64,000 nt of DNA from Lama glama (taxonomy: Eukaryota), in NCBI GenBank assembly GCA_028534125.1, contig CM052817.1, positions 71,116,001-71,180,000 of the forward strand, written 5' to 3'. Positions within the stretch are counted from its first letter, which is position 1. Each line of letters begins with the position of its first letter. The position numbers and the translations under genes were made by a program. The notes under the pieces were generated by a model that saw only the letters and a program-made list of their open reading frames with translations, was not told the DNA's origin and did not search any database. Positions 13,751 to 25,634 of the stretch are shown one piece after another.

Positions 13751-15839
13751 AGAGGAACCCCCACATCTTAAACTAGAAAGGCCTTTGGAAATGTGGTTTG
13801 GGGACTTATAGCTTGTGTTCCAGAGGAGCCTAGGGGTTTGGAAAATTTCTCTGGGATTCATCTTAGGGGGAGGTAAATTGGTGGGATGGGTAGGGAGAGT
13901 TACAGGGTGGTCCGCTCACTGGGGCTGTGGTCTTTCAGAGCAGTTTCTCATGTATCTATTTTATACATTCTTCCTGGGTAGGAGTACATTTGGACATTCA
14001 AGGGTTTCACGTTTAAAAAAATATTTGAAGCCACTTACCTTGTTCAACTTATTAATTATATCCCTGAACAGGTCCTGAAAGAAGCTGTGGGATTTGCCCT
14101 TGCGAACGTAGCTAAAGTGAGTCAGTGAGAGAAGCACCAGGATAAAAGCCCCAGTGAACTGATGCCCTGCGGTGCTTTGCTTCTTCATGGCGCTCTGTCT
14201 CCTCGATAGACACAGTAGTTTCTGAGAGCATTCTTTGTTTTGACATTCTTTCCTTTGCAAGCCCTTTAACCTTATATTGCATTGAAATAAACTTTAACTG
14301 AATCTTGGCTAAATTTGAAGTGAAAGAAATCTAATGGGAATTTACATTACTGAAATAGTGAATTTCTGTTGTCAAAAACTGCTGTTTCGACAGATCAAAT
14401 TAAACTCAGTTATATTTTATTAAATACTTTATTTCATCTTTTCCTGCATCAAGCCCATCAAGTCTCCGTTCTCCATTCCCTCCTTGTGTGAGTGCCTGCC
14501 TCCTTCCCTTCTCTTGACTCTGCTGGGCCTCCTCTCAGATTCCACCCCCCGCCCCAGACCTTTCCTCCTTTTCTTCAAGGCATATTTAAAGAATGTTTTT
14601 CTGCTCTGAATGACCATTGCACATGTAATATGCCCCATGCTTCTAGGCAACTCCCTTTTTTTTTTCTTCTGAGGCTACGTTTTCACAGCCAGAGGGCTGG
14701 CTTCTTGAGGACAGCATTCTGTCTCTGTTGTGGCTCCCCCTACAGTCCTAGACTAATAGTCACTCTTCCATTCTGTGTTGGGTTAAATTGTCCTTGGTTT
14801 GCATATTATGATTTCACTGGACCACCTTAAAAAAATAATCTTTTCTGTGCTTAATTAGATCCTTGTCAGTTTCCTTTTTGTTTTCTTTTTTTCCTAAAAG
14901 AAATTATTGGATGCCGGTAGACCTAAAAGAGCATCTTGCCATGAGATGTGTTCTGCTTTATAGTTATTTTCAGGAGTGACTGATGACATTTTTAGTTGGT
15001 TTTTAGTTTTTCTCCCCTTGGAGTTGTCTGTCATTGCCAGTTTCTGTTGCAGTGCCATCTTGATAGATATCAGGGCATGGTGACCAAGTGAATGTCGGGC
15101 TCTGAGGCTCATACTCCCAACTAATGACTATGAAACTATGATGGAAGCAGAAAGGGGTGAGGTTAGAAAGTAGAGATGTAAGGGGCTGATGGAAGATAGA
15201 AGTACATACACTGTATTTTGGAAGGAGTCCAAAATGAAATATATATAATTATAAATTCATAACATTAGAGTTGACAGAAGCAAAGAAATATCTGTTAAAG
15301 TTTAGATCATGTTGGCTTTCAGTCAAACTCTTTTGTTTTGCATTTATTTGAATAGGGCACAATATTTTACAAGGAATTTTTAAAAGAAACCCTAACTATG
15401 TCATTAAATAGGCCCGCAGTGGTATAGATTGAAAGCGTTCTGTGTATTGGTTTTGCAGATTCATGAGTAGAGTTCCCACTGTGCTGACCCACAGCCTCAG
15501 CCTCCTATCCTCTCCGACACCCAAGCATCAAAGCAAGGAAGCAGACTTGATTAGCTCCGTCTGGCCAGAACTCTTCATTCTTGATTCTCTTCCTTTCAGA
15601 TAATTCTTGACAATAATTAGTTTAGATAAGGAGCAAATAATTGGTTATGTACCTCCCATGTAAAATTTTCCTTCCTAAGTGATTTCTCTCTCTGGGACTC
15701 TATTTTACTGTATTCTCTCCATTGTTATCTGTGCTTTCATTATTCCTGTACTAAGTCTGTTGTAAAGAATTCTCACAAATGAGAATTTAAATGTCATTTC
15801 AGGAGTCCAGTTCAAATTTAGCTGAGCATCTTGAATAAT

Positions 15840-16390
15840 ATTCATGTAGGAAGCGCATTGTCCGTAAGTCTAATGAATTTTCAGAGTGAACATTCCTATG
15901 CTGTTAGAACCCAGTTCAAGAAACAATATTACCAGCACCCTAGAAGCCCCCTCATGTTGCCTGTTAGTCGCTGCCTAAACCCTGAAGTATAACCACCATC
16001 CTGCCTTCTAACAGCATGGTTTACTTTTGCCTATTTTTTGCAACTTATATAAATAGAATCTTAGAACATATACTCTTTGTACCGTTTTGCTTAACATATT
16101 TGTGAGATACATCCATGCTGCTGCATTGCTACAATCTTCCATCTGATGAATATACCTCAGTTTATTTATTGATGATGAAGATTTCTGTAGCTTCTAATGT
16201 TTGCTTATTATAGAGAGTGCTTCTAGGAATGTTCTTATGTTTGTCTTTTGAGCACATACGCAATTTCTTCTCCTGGTTTATATCTGGGAGTGGAATTTCT
16301 GGGTCATTAGGTAATGTGTGTATTTGGAGATAACTGCCAGTTTTCAAAGTGGTAGCTGACACACTCATCAGCAGTGTATGAGAGTTCCAG
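15840..16390 (-). mobile_element. Old L1M 3' fragment
   Basis: attaccagcaccctagaagcccccc ... gagtggaatttctgggtca ... cagcagtgtatgagagttcc. Confidence 0.65.
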
Positions 16391-17719
16391 TTTGAACATA
16401 GATTTAGTCTCAGATTCCTAGCATGGGGATCTGGCCCAATGTGGAGCAGATGTCTGGTCAGTTGTGATGAAGGGACTGGGGATGTCACATAATACAGACA
16501 TGGTTTGGGGGAGCCCACCATTGCTACACTCTAGGTAGAATTAGAGGCAGTTTTTAGAAAATGGAGGATTGTATGAGCTAGGTAGATATCCCAAAAAGCT
16601 TCAACATATGTACAAATTAGATGGACATATGTACAAATTCAGGAGGCTCTGAATTGGAGATACATACAGCTTTGCGTCATCAGCAAAAATAACGAAGTTG
16701 AAGCCATATGACTAGGTGAGATTCCCCAAAGAGAATACACAGAGTGAGGTGGGAGCAGATAGCCTAGGCTGGAACTCTGGAAAACACCAACATTTAAAGG
16801 ATGACAAGAAGAGGACTCTCTGAAGGAGGCTGAGAAGATATAATCAGAGATCTCAGGAATGTGGTATCATGGAGGCCAAAACAGAGAATGTTTCAAGGAG
16901 AGAGTGATCAAAAGTGGCCATTTGCTTCTGTGAAGTCAGTGACTAAAAAGTTTTCAGTTGCTCTGGGGACAAGGAGAGCAGAGGCCTTCTGAGATTAATT
17001 TCAGGGAAATGATGGAACAGAAGCCAGGTTGTAATAGGTAAAGAATGAGTGAAAGCTAAGTAAGACAGCAAACGTGACCAGCCCTTTGATATCACTTAGC
17101 TAAGAAGCGAGAAGCGGGTGGGGATGTAGAGAAGACAGTCAGAAGGTAGGAGAGGCAGGAGCAAGCTTACCTGCTGGTGGGAGAGATCTGATGGAGAAAA
17201 TACTCAGCAAAGTGAGGTCTCTAGTGTAGCAGGAAGGGTTGGGCTCCCGAGCTCAGGAGAAGTGTGTTAGCCTTGGGGAGACACAGAAAGACTTTATCCC
17301 GGTAACAGTGAGAAAGCAGGGAAGGATGGCTGGATTGGTGCAGAACTTTGAAGGAGTTGGGTGGCTCAGCACACGACAGCCGCTCAGGAAATATTTGTTG
17401 AATTAACTGTTGACTGAACAACTTCGTATTTTCATGTGTTATATTCCGCAGTTGCATTGATCAGGTCCCTGCACATCCAGATCTCCTATGAAAAGGGATC
17501 TGCTTGCAGAGCTTCTGTCACTCAGGGGAGCAGTCACTTCCACGTCCGCCACAACAGAGTGTGCAATAGCCTGGAATTATGTGCTTGCTAAAGAAATCCG
17601 GATATGTTCCCTTTATCACGTGCCCATTGGTTTCCCATTATGGAACCACCACCTTTGTCATACAAAGCTCTTCGGGTACTTCTGCAGTTTATAATGTTGT
17701 GACTGTAAACATAGACATG

Positions 17720-17880
17720 GATTTAAATAAATATGTGTATATATTTGTTCTAACATGTATATAAATATATACATATTATGTATATACATATGTAAATACA
17801 CAGATATACATAAATGTATACATAATGTGTAAGTATATACACATATGTATAAATGTATACATAGTAGACCATACATAGCT
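17720..17880. repeat. Degenerate (TA/CA)n purine-pyrimidine low-complexity tract
   Basis: atatatacatattatgtatatacatatgtaaatacacagatatacat... Confidence 0.8.
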
Positions 17881-19324
17881 AAATAAATACCTTTAGTTTG
17901 GGAAAACAGATAATAATTATATTGACTTTGCAAAATATTATGACTGCATCTTGGAGTTGTTTTTAGACCTTGAGCCATGTTATTTTGAGTATCTTTAATA
18001 GTGATAAGCACTTACAGTTTGATAGTTCTGAATAGCCAGATGTTGTTAGGAACCAAGCCTGGTGCTTTTTCTTATTCAGTTTCCAGCTTGTGTCTTAAAT
18101 CTTTTTAAAGTAAATTACATGATCTGATGATATCTGTGGGATACAACTGAGCGATCCCTGAAAAAAAGCAGTAATAACGGAGTTTTCACTTGAGGATGTG
18201 GAAAGGGCAAATTGCAGCACCATATTATTTTCGAAAGCCTCATACTGAGACTAGCGTCACATGGGGTGCTTTTGGAGCAGAGTAATTAAAGTCCTCCTCA
18301 AGAGGCTTTTATTTAGCAGTATTCTGTTTTCATTTTATTTTTCTGTATCAGTGTATCACTGTTGCCTTTCAGCTAAGAAATTTAAACATGAACGCTCCTC
18401 TCTGATTTATATTCATTATGTAAGTTATGCTAGTTCCTGCTGTTGTCCCTGGCAGGTCAGTGTCTCCCTTCACCCCACGTCAAATAGTTGTTTCCTTTTC
18501 GAAGTCATGCTGCTGCATCTTTTTATTTTCAAATGAGCTGGGCTTCTTTTGGGGTCATACGTTCTATTTCTCGATACTTGACATTTTCCAAATGCATGTA
18601 GAATGTCAGGTTGGAGCACAAAAAGCTGCTATTGCCACTCTAAAAGGATGAAAAGTGAATTTTTTTAAACTGATTTTTTTTCCCTTCAGTCACACTCAGT
18701 GACGTGTTTTTAGTTAAAAGGCAGTGTAGTGGAGTTATTGTGATATATTCTCTACTAGACTTTAATACTGAAAGTAATTGATCATTTGTTAACATTCAGG
18801 AGAAGCAGTATTATTCAAATTTGACTGTATAGGTAAGTTTGTTTAACAGATAACTGATGCTGTCCTGGAAATGCGAGCCCCCTGACTGGATTAGTAAGTG
18901 ATTGACTTCTCAAGATGGGTCATGGGTGGGATGTAAATTGAAAGAAGGTGCTGAGTTTGGGTGAATCGATCTTGAAATAATTGACCTCTGCATGTGTAGT
19001 CATTTGTGTACGTTTTCACGGTGGTTGTTTAATAATACCCTTCTAAGAAAGGGTTGTCATAGGATGAGTATGATAGTTTCTTTTTTAAGCTTTATTGACA
19101 TGTCACAAGAATGCCAATAGTCTTAGAGTTTCTGAATATGAACTTGTAAAGGGTACATAAAATTTTTAATTTAAAAAAAATTTCAATTCCCTAAGTAACC
19201 ATAGTTCCCCACTGGCATGCAAAAAAGTTTTATTTAATGTTTGATCCCTTGTTAAGGGGAACTTGTCAATTCTCTCTATAAATGATAGTTTTGAGATTTG
19301 CCTGCACTTACTGGTTTTAGCACT

Positions 19325-20270
19325 GTTTTATTTTGAAATAATTTCAGATTTATAGAAAAGTTGTAAGGTTTTGTTTCTGAACTGTTTGAGAGCAAGTTGT
19401 TGACATGGTGCCATTCCCTCTCAAACACAAGAACATTCTCCAGCTTAACCATAAACGACCAGCAGAATCAGAAAACTAACATTACCATTATCTAATTCTT
19501 AGACACTGTTCACATTTTGTCAATTTTCCCAGTAATATTCCCTGTTGCAAAAAATTCAGAATTACAGTTGAATTTAGCTGTCTTGTCTCCAATCTGGAAT
19601 ATTATCACATTATTTCCTTGACTTTCAACGATTTTGACTCCTTAGAAGATTACAGTTATTTTGTAGACTGTTTCTGTTTAGGCCTGTCCCATGTTTCCCT
19701 GGGGTTTGATTCAGACTAGACATCCTTGTCAGGAGTCCCACGAAAGTGCTGCATGTGTCCCTCACGCCACGTGATGGCAGTTTGCACTGACAGTGTGCAC
19801 TTTGATCACTTGACTCAGGTGGTGTCTGCCAGACTTCCTCCCTTTGCACTTACCGTCTTTCCCTTGGTATTTTGTGTGGAGGCATATTAAAACTACATAA
19901 ATGTCTTGTTCCTTATCACACTTTAATCTTACTTATTTACTTAATTATATCAGAGTGGACTCGTGGTTTCTTGTTTTCTTCAATGGATTATAATCTGTTA
20001 CTATCATTATTGATTTTAATGTTCAGATGGTCCTGGATTTGATCACTGGGACTCCCTGCAAGCTGACTGGTGCCCCCTTTTGACATGTCTCGCATTGTTC
20101 ATTGAGCACTTCCTTGCTTTCTAAGCTCATCTTGTCCTCTCCATGCCCCAGCCCTGGAATTAGCTGTGCCTCCAAGGGACTCTGGTTCCTGTTGGATAAG
20201 AATGGAAGCCCAGACCTGGCTGCTCAGTACGCTCATTGTTGAGAATGTTATTGCCCATAGGCCCCTCAAA
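19325..20270 (-). mobile_element. Old L1MC-like 3' fragment
   Basis: ttttattttgaaataatttcagatttatagaaaagttg ... ccccagccctggaattagc. Confidence 0.6.
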
Positions 20271-20501
20271 AGTTATTTTTTATTTGTTTATTTATATGAA
20301 AATATAAACATATAAATTTAAATCTTTTGTATTTATATACACATATACATTAAATATTTGCATCTTTTTTAGAAGTTCTGTGTTCATGTTGTTAGTTTTA
20401 ATTCCTCTCTGATCTTTATTATTTCCTTCCTTCTGCTGCTTTTTGGGGCTTTTTGTTCTTCTTTTTCTAATTGATTCAGGTGGTGGGTTAACTTTTTTAT
20501 T

Positions 20502-21001
20502 NNNNNNNNNNNNNNNNNNNNNNNNNNNNNNNNNNNNNNNNNNNNNNNNNNNNNNNNNNNNNNNNNNNNNNNNNNNNNNNNNNNNNNNNNNNNNNNNNNN
20601 NNNNNNNNNNNNNNNNNNNNNNNNNNNNNNNNNNNNNNNNNNNNNNNNNNNNNNNNNNNNNNNNNNNNNNNNNNNNNNNNNNNNNNNNNNNNNNNNNNNN
20701 NNNNNNNNNNNNNNNNNNNNNNNNNNNNNNNNNNNNNNNNNNNNNNNNNNNNNNNNNNNNNNNNNNNNNNNNNNNNNNNNNNNNNNNNNNNNNNNNNNNN
20801 NNNNNNNNNNNNNNNNNNNNNNNNNNNNNNNNNNNNNNNNNNNNNNNNNNNNNNNNNNNNNNNNNNNNNNNNNNNNNNNNNNNNNNNNNNNNNNNNNNNN
20901 NNNNNNNNNNNNNNNNNNNNNNNNNNNNNNNNNNNNNNNNNNNNNNNNNNNNNNNNNNNNNNNNNNNNNNNNNNNNNNNNNNNNNNNNNNNNNNNNNNNN
21001 N
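20502..21001. other. Assembly gap (500 N)
   Basis: N run. Confidence 1.
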
Positions 21002-23249
21002 TGTTCACTGTGATGATTCTAGGTGATGGCACTACTGGTGACTTATCTTCTTTTTGAGAGTCTGTGATAGATTTTCTAAAATGAGCATGCAAGGAAAAAT
21101 TTTGTAAAGTAGTGTATATAATGGAAATGTCCAGCAATAGGTAAATAATAAATTCTGTTTTATCTTTATCTGTAGGATAAGTGGCTGTGGAACTATTGAA
21201 ATTATTTTGTTTATGAGAAGTTTTTAATGAGTTAGGTCACTGCTTATAAAACATTAATGATCAGCTCTCAACTTTACGATTATATGAGCGTATATATCTA
21301 CAAAAAGACCAGCATAAAATAAGTCAGAGGTTGAGACTGGATGCTTGTTTTCCCTGTTTAACAAGTTTTCCACAATGGCTCTTAATATATTTCTTTCTTT
21401 CTTTTTTTTTTTTTTTTAAGTTTTCTGGTTTCTATAGGGCTTTTGCTTATTCTTCTACTTTCCTTGAAAAAGTTCTATTTTTTTCTACCACTTTAGAAAC
21501 TGTAGATTGAATGGTTTCCTTTAAGTGTTTGACAAACAGACTCAGTTACAACTTTTCTAACAAAGTCTTAAGTTTCTCATTATCATTGTCTTCCTTCTGA
21601 ACATGACAAGGATCTTCACATGTTCTAAGAATTCACTGAGTATAACATACCAAATCTTGTTTAGCTTTTCACTTATTTTAACACACACAAAAAAAATGGT
21701 TTATAATTTCTTACAATAAACTCTGTTACTTCTGCTCTGGACTATTTAAAGATAATTTGGGGGAAATGGTAAAAATATGATTCTCATACAGTTATAAGAA
21801 TAAACATGCATTAAAGAACTTATTTTACTCTCATGATATGAAGGAACCAGGCAGATACCATATCCCAGTTAAAAGGAAAATCAAAACAACACAAATTTAT
21901 ATGGATAAAATAACTTAAACTGAATTGCAGATAGAGATAAAACATGGTGTTTGGGGTCCTGGGGGGTCAATTAGATTACTACCAGATTAGACAAAGCCTA
22001 TATACCTGTCAGTTACCTTCAGTTTACAGACAGTTCCAGAATGGCTACAAACCAGTGAACAGGGCTAGAAAGTGATAACTTGAAAAAGTGTGCTATAGAC
22101 GACGCACCACTTTCAATTGAATGCTTTTTCTGCCGGACCTGGAACTGGACCCTGGCCAACTCTCCACTTACTTGAGCCTTGCTGATCACATTGTTTTTCT
22201 CTCGTTTTTGGTATAGGGAGACCCATGTGTTGGTTTTGAACATGGAGCAGAGGTGTCCGGTAGGTGTTCATTGACACCGTCTTAAATGGAAATTACATCT
22301 TTGTTTCATTAATATTTTTAATCTAAAATGTGACAAAGCTCTAGAAGCAATCCGATCTCGTCAGTTGGCCCGAAAACGTGACTATGATACATCTCCTTTC
22401 TACTAACACTTGACTCCCTTTTCCTTTGATGCTCAAACAGATCTCTCCTGTATTCATGTTTTCCCTCTTCTAACTATAGCCCTGCTTCCTTTTTTTTTTT
22501 TAACTGTCAAACTTGTCCCCTTCTTTTTCTCACAACCCATTTCTTCCCGAACCCTCCTCTGCCTGTCAAAGATTACAGTAGCTGGTATATCTTGAAGCTG
22601 GGCTTCCGTGTTGGTTCTGACAGCAAAGCCTGTGCTCTTTCCACTGGACGATCCTGGCCCCGCAGGAAAACCTCAAGAGGAAGTGGCATTTGAGCTGGGC
22701 TTGGTGTTAGGCAGAAGGGGGTGAAGAAGGCACTTTAGTTGGTCAGTGGCACTCCGCTGGTTGGGCTGGGGCCCGAGTTCCCGCTGCAAGGGAATAGTAA
22801 GTGATGGAGCTGTAGGATGGGTCGGCTCACACTGCGCATGCTGGGCTCACAGATGGTATCCTGGGCTTGCTTAGTGCTTTGTTTTGTTTAACCTTATAGC
22901 AGCTCCGCAAGATAGATGTTGTTACCCCCACCTAACCCCTGAGAGAACGAAAGCAGTCCTGTGACTTCTCTGTGGCCTCCTGCTGTTGAATGGCTAAACT
23001 GAGTTTAGAATCCCAGTCTTTTCAACTCGGGGCTCACTATTCTCTCTACTTTATATAAGCTGGTGAAGTCTCAAGGGTTTTAAGGGTGTGGAGTGATTAG
23101 AATTGTATTTAGGAAAAATACGTGATAGAAGGAAAGCCTAGGTCATCTTTTGACCTGATACCAAGTATCATTTGAAGGCAGTAACCCTTGTCCCAGGTCT
23201 AAAGTTTGGAATTCAAAATGATTCTATGCAGAAATTTAGAAATAGTGTC

Positions 23250-23500
23250 CTGAAGAACCCAGCTGCTCAAAAGTGTGGTCCTTACACCTGTAACTTCAGT
23301 ATAACCCTGGGGCTTATTAAAAATGCAGATTCTTACACCTCTTCCTTTGACTTATTAGATCAAAAATCTCTGGGGGTGGAGTCCAGGAATCTGTGGGTTT
23401 TTTTTTTTTAATTCTTATTTTCATAAAAGGGTAGTTGATTTACAATGTTAGTTTCAGGTGTACAGCAAAAGAAATCTGTTTTACCAAGCCCTGTCTGTCC
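23250..23500. mobile_element. MER5A-like MITE interrupted by a ~70-bp antisense L1 3' tail (~23398-23470)
   Basis: aaatgcagattc ... ggaatctgt | poly-T ... ttacaatgttagtttcaggtgtacagc | aatctgttttaccaagccc, with aatctgt duplicated. Confidence 0.6.
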
Positions 23501-23814
23501 AGTGGACAGTATTGTCATTTCCCGCTGACTCTTAGGTGCAGGAGCGTGAGGAGCTCTGGTATTTCTCTCCAGCCACTCTGCCCTCTTTCAACATGTCCTA
23601 GTTGTCAAGTGGTTGCCTCTAAAATGAGTTCCTCAATAGTAGTGCAGAGACTTCATCAGCACATTAAAGAATACATACTTTATGATCAGGAATTACCATC
23701 ATTGGTACCTAGGAACTTGACTTATATAAACTGTCCTTAGCAGACTCAAGCATAAAATGTAACTCACATGTAAAGGTCGTAATACGTAGGGAAAAGTCTG
23801 GAAGGATACACACC

Positions 23815-24245
23815 ATTCAAGAAAAACTACTCCTGACACTTATTAAGGAATGTAAGGTAGGCTTTTTTCAAGGGCGCTGCTACAGTGGGAGTTTGCAGTA
23901 GGGGAGAGAGACTGGGCTCACCTCTGAAGACAGCAAAACAGTGGGGATTTATATCCAAGAGCAGTAGTTAGGGCGGGTATCAGTGGGTGGGAAATGACTA
24001 AGGATGGGGTGATTCTTTGCCAAGCTGACCTAGCAGGATTCTTGTTGAAGGCAGGCTGGGATGATCAGATAATACCTGACTAACGGTGGAGGGTAAGGAA
24101 TTTGATTAGATATTGAGGATGGGGGATTCTAGCTAAACCAGCGTGACCACATTCTTACTAAAACTGGGCTCCTGGAGGGCACGCACAGGGACGGGGTTTA
24201 GTTAGGCTCAGAGGAGCCCGACTAAAGTTTGGTCAAGGAGAGTCA
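23815..24245 (-). mobile_element. ERV LTR remnant
   Basis: LTR-like composition with repeated gattct motifs; boundaries approximate. Confidence 0.45.
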
Positions 24246-25199
24246 CCACTACGGTGATTATCTCTGGGAAAGTTGTGCGATTGTGGAGAAGAAAAGGGAG
24301 GGGCTTTAACTGTTACCCTCTACATGTTTAAATTATACTTTCATACACGGAGAACAATTTATATCATTATATATTTTTTAAGTATTTTGGTAGAGAATTC
24401 GTTCTGATGTATTTTCACGTGGATACGTTTTTCTCAGTTTCACTAAAAGTAATACACAGTGCTGTAAGAGCCATCATCCGCGCTTGGAACGTCTGCGTGT
24501 TTTTACTCATTGAGAGTTGCATCATCTATTTTAAGAAATAATGAGCTTTTTTTCCTTCTCATTTTAGTAATGAGTTATATTTTTAGAAATAAAATTCAAA
24601 TGACCAACTTTATATTAATGTCACAGGCGATATTTTGTTGAAACCAGTTGCCTCTATTGTGTTTAATACCAGAAATACATATTTGAATGTTTGTTTCACT
24701 TATTGATGAGCTTGTTTTGATTTTGAGCATACTGGAACATCATATGAGAATCAGTGTCTTTGTTTTATTTTTCTTATCAGTGAACACATTTGTAACTACT
24801 GATTTATTATTTTAATAGGGCACCCTTATATAAATGAAAGCTTGAAAAATACAATTTATAAAAGAATGTTTCATTGCATAATTACTGGCAAACTTACTGT
24901 TAATAAACTTTTTGCAAGGTGAGATGTGAAAAAAAATGGATCAATGTGAAACAGCTACCATGTTGTGAGTGTGGTAGGAGTTCCTCTGGGACAAGTTCTT
25001 TCTGAGTTCTGAATGCCTCTGAACCGGTTCTTCAGTTCCCTTTCTCTCTACCACCAGTCTCTTCACACAGTATCTCACCGTGGTGTCATTTGGTCTTCCT
25101 TACACACCAAGATCATTGTAAACACAACACCACTACAAACCCTAAAAATAACGTTCCATGGTAAGGCAGCCATTCACCTGTTCTAGACCCAGCGGCGCT

Positions 25200-25395
25200 G
25201 CCGGGTGGAGCTCTCTGTGATGACGGACGGTTCTGTTCCTGTGCTGTCCAGCATGATAGCTACTAGGCACGGAGCTGTTGAGCGCTTGAAATGTGGCAAA
25301 GGTGACCATGAGAAACGGAATTTTTCGTGTTGTTTAATTTTAATTTCACTTTAAATGGCCACACGTGGCTCGTGGCTACCATACGGGGCAACACC
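25200..25395. mobile_element. MER3/MER5-like hAT MITE
   Basis: ctgtgatgacgg ... ctgtgctgtccagcatgatagctact ... ttaaatggccacacgtggctcgtggctacc. Confidence 0.65.
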
Positions 25396-25558
25396 GAAGG
25401 GTTTAGTGAGCGTCTCTGAGGGCTCACCTGGGAGTGCGTGGGACGCTGAAATTTTCGTCGTCATACAACATTAAAAGAAGCTTCCGGTAAAGACATTTAT
25501 TTCATTCAGCCTCTCTACTTTTTCTGAAAGAAAAAAAATAATCTTTTTTTTCTTACAG

Positions 25559-25634
25559 ATTTTGTGTGTGAAACTGTGTGGAAATCTGAAATACTATCAA
25601 TCAAATCTGTATAGTACAGTGGTGCCACCTGATG
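25559..25634 (+). CDS. MCUB: MCUB coding exon 2 (76 nt, [26 protein letters not shown])
   Basis: Acceptor ttttcttacag|ATT and donor GATG|gtaag. The phase joins exon 3 as G+AA = Glu. Confidence 0.9.

Noticed and set aside
14150..14230. Possible intronic C/D snoRNA (tgatg ... ctga)
   Set aside because: Box C does not match RUGAUGA and there is no convincing terminal stem.
3864..21001. MCUB exon 1 hidden in one of the 500-N gaps
   Set aside because: Both gaps have AT-rich, repeat-like flanks rather than CpG-island shoulders. Exon 1 is more likely upstream of the window, though this cannot be excluded.
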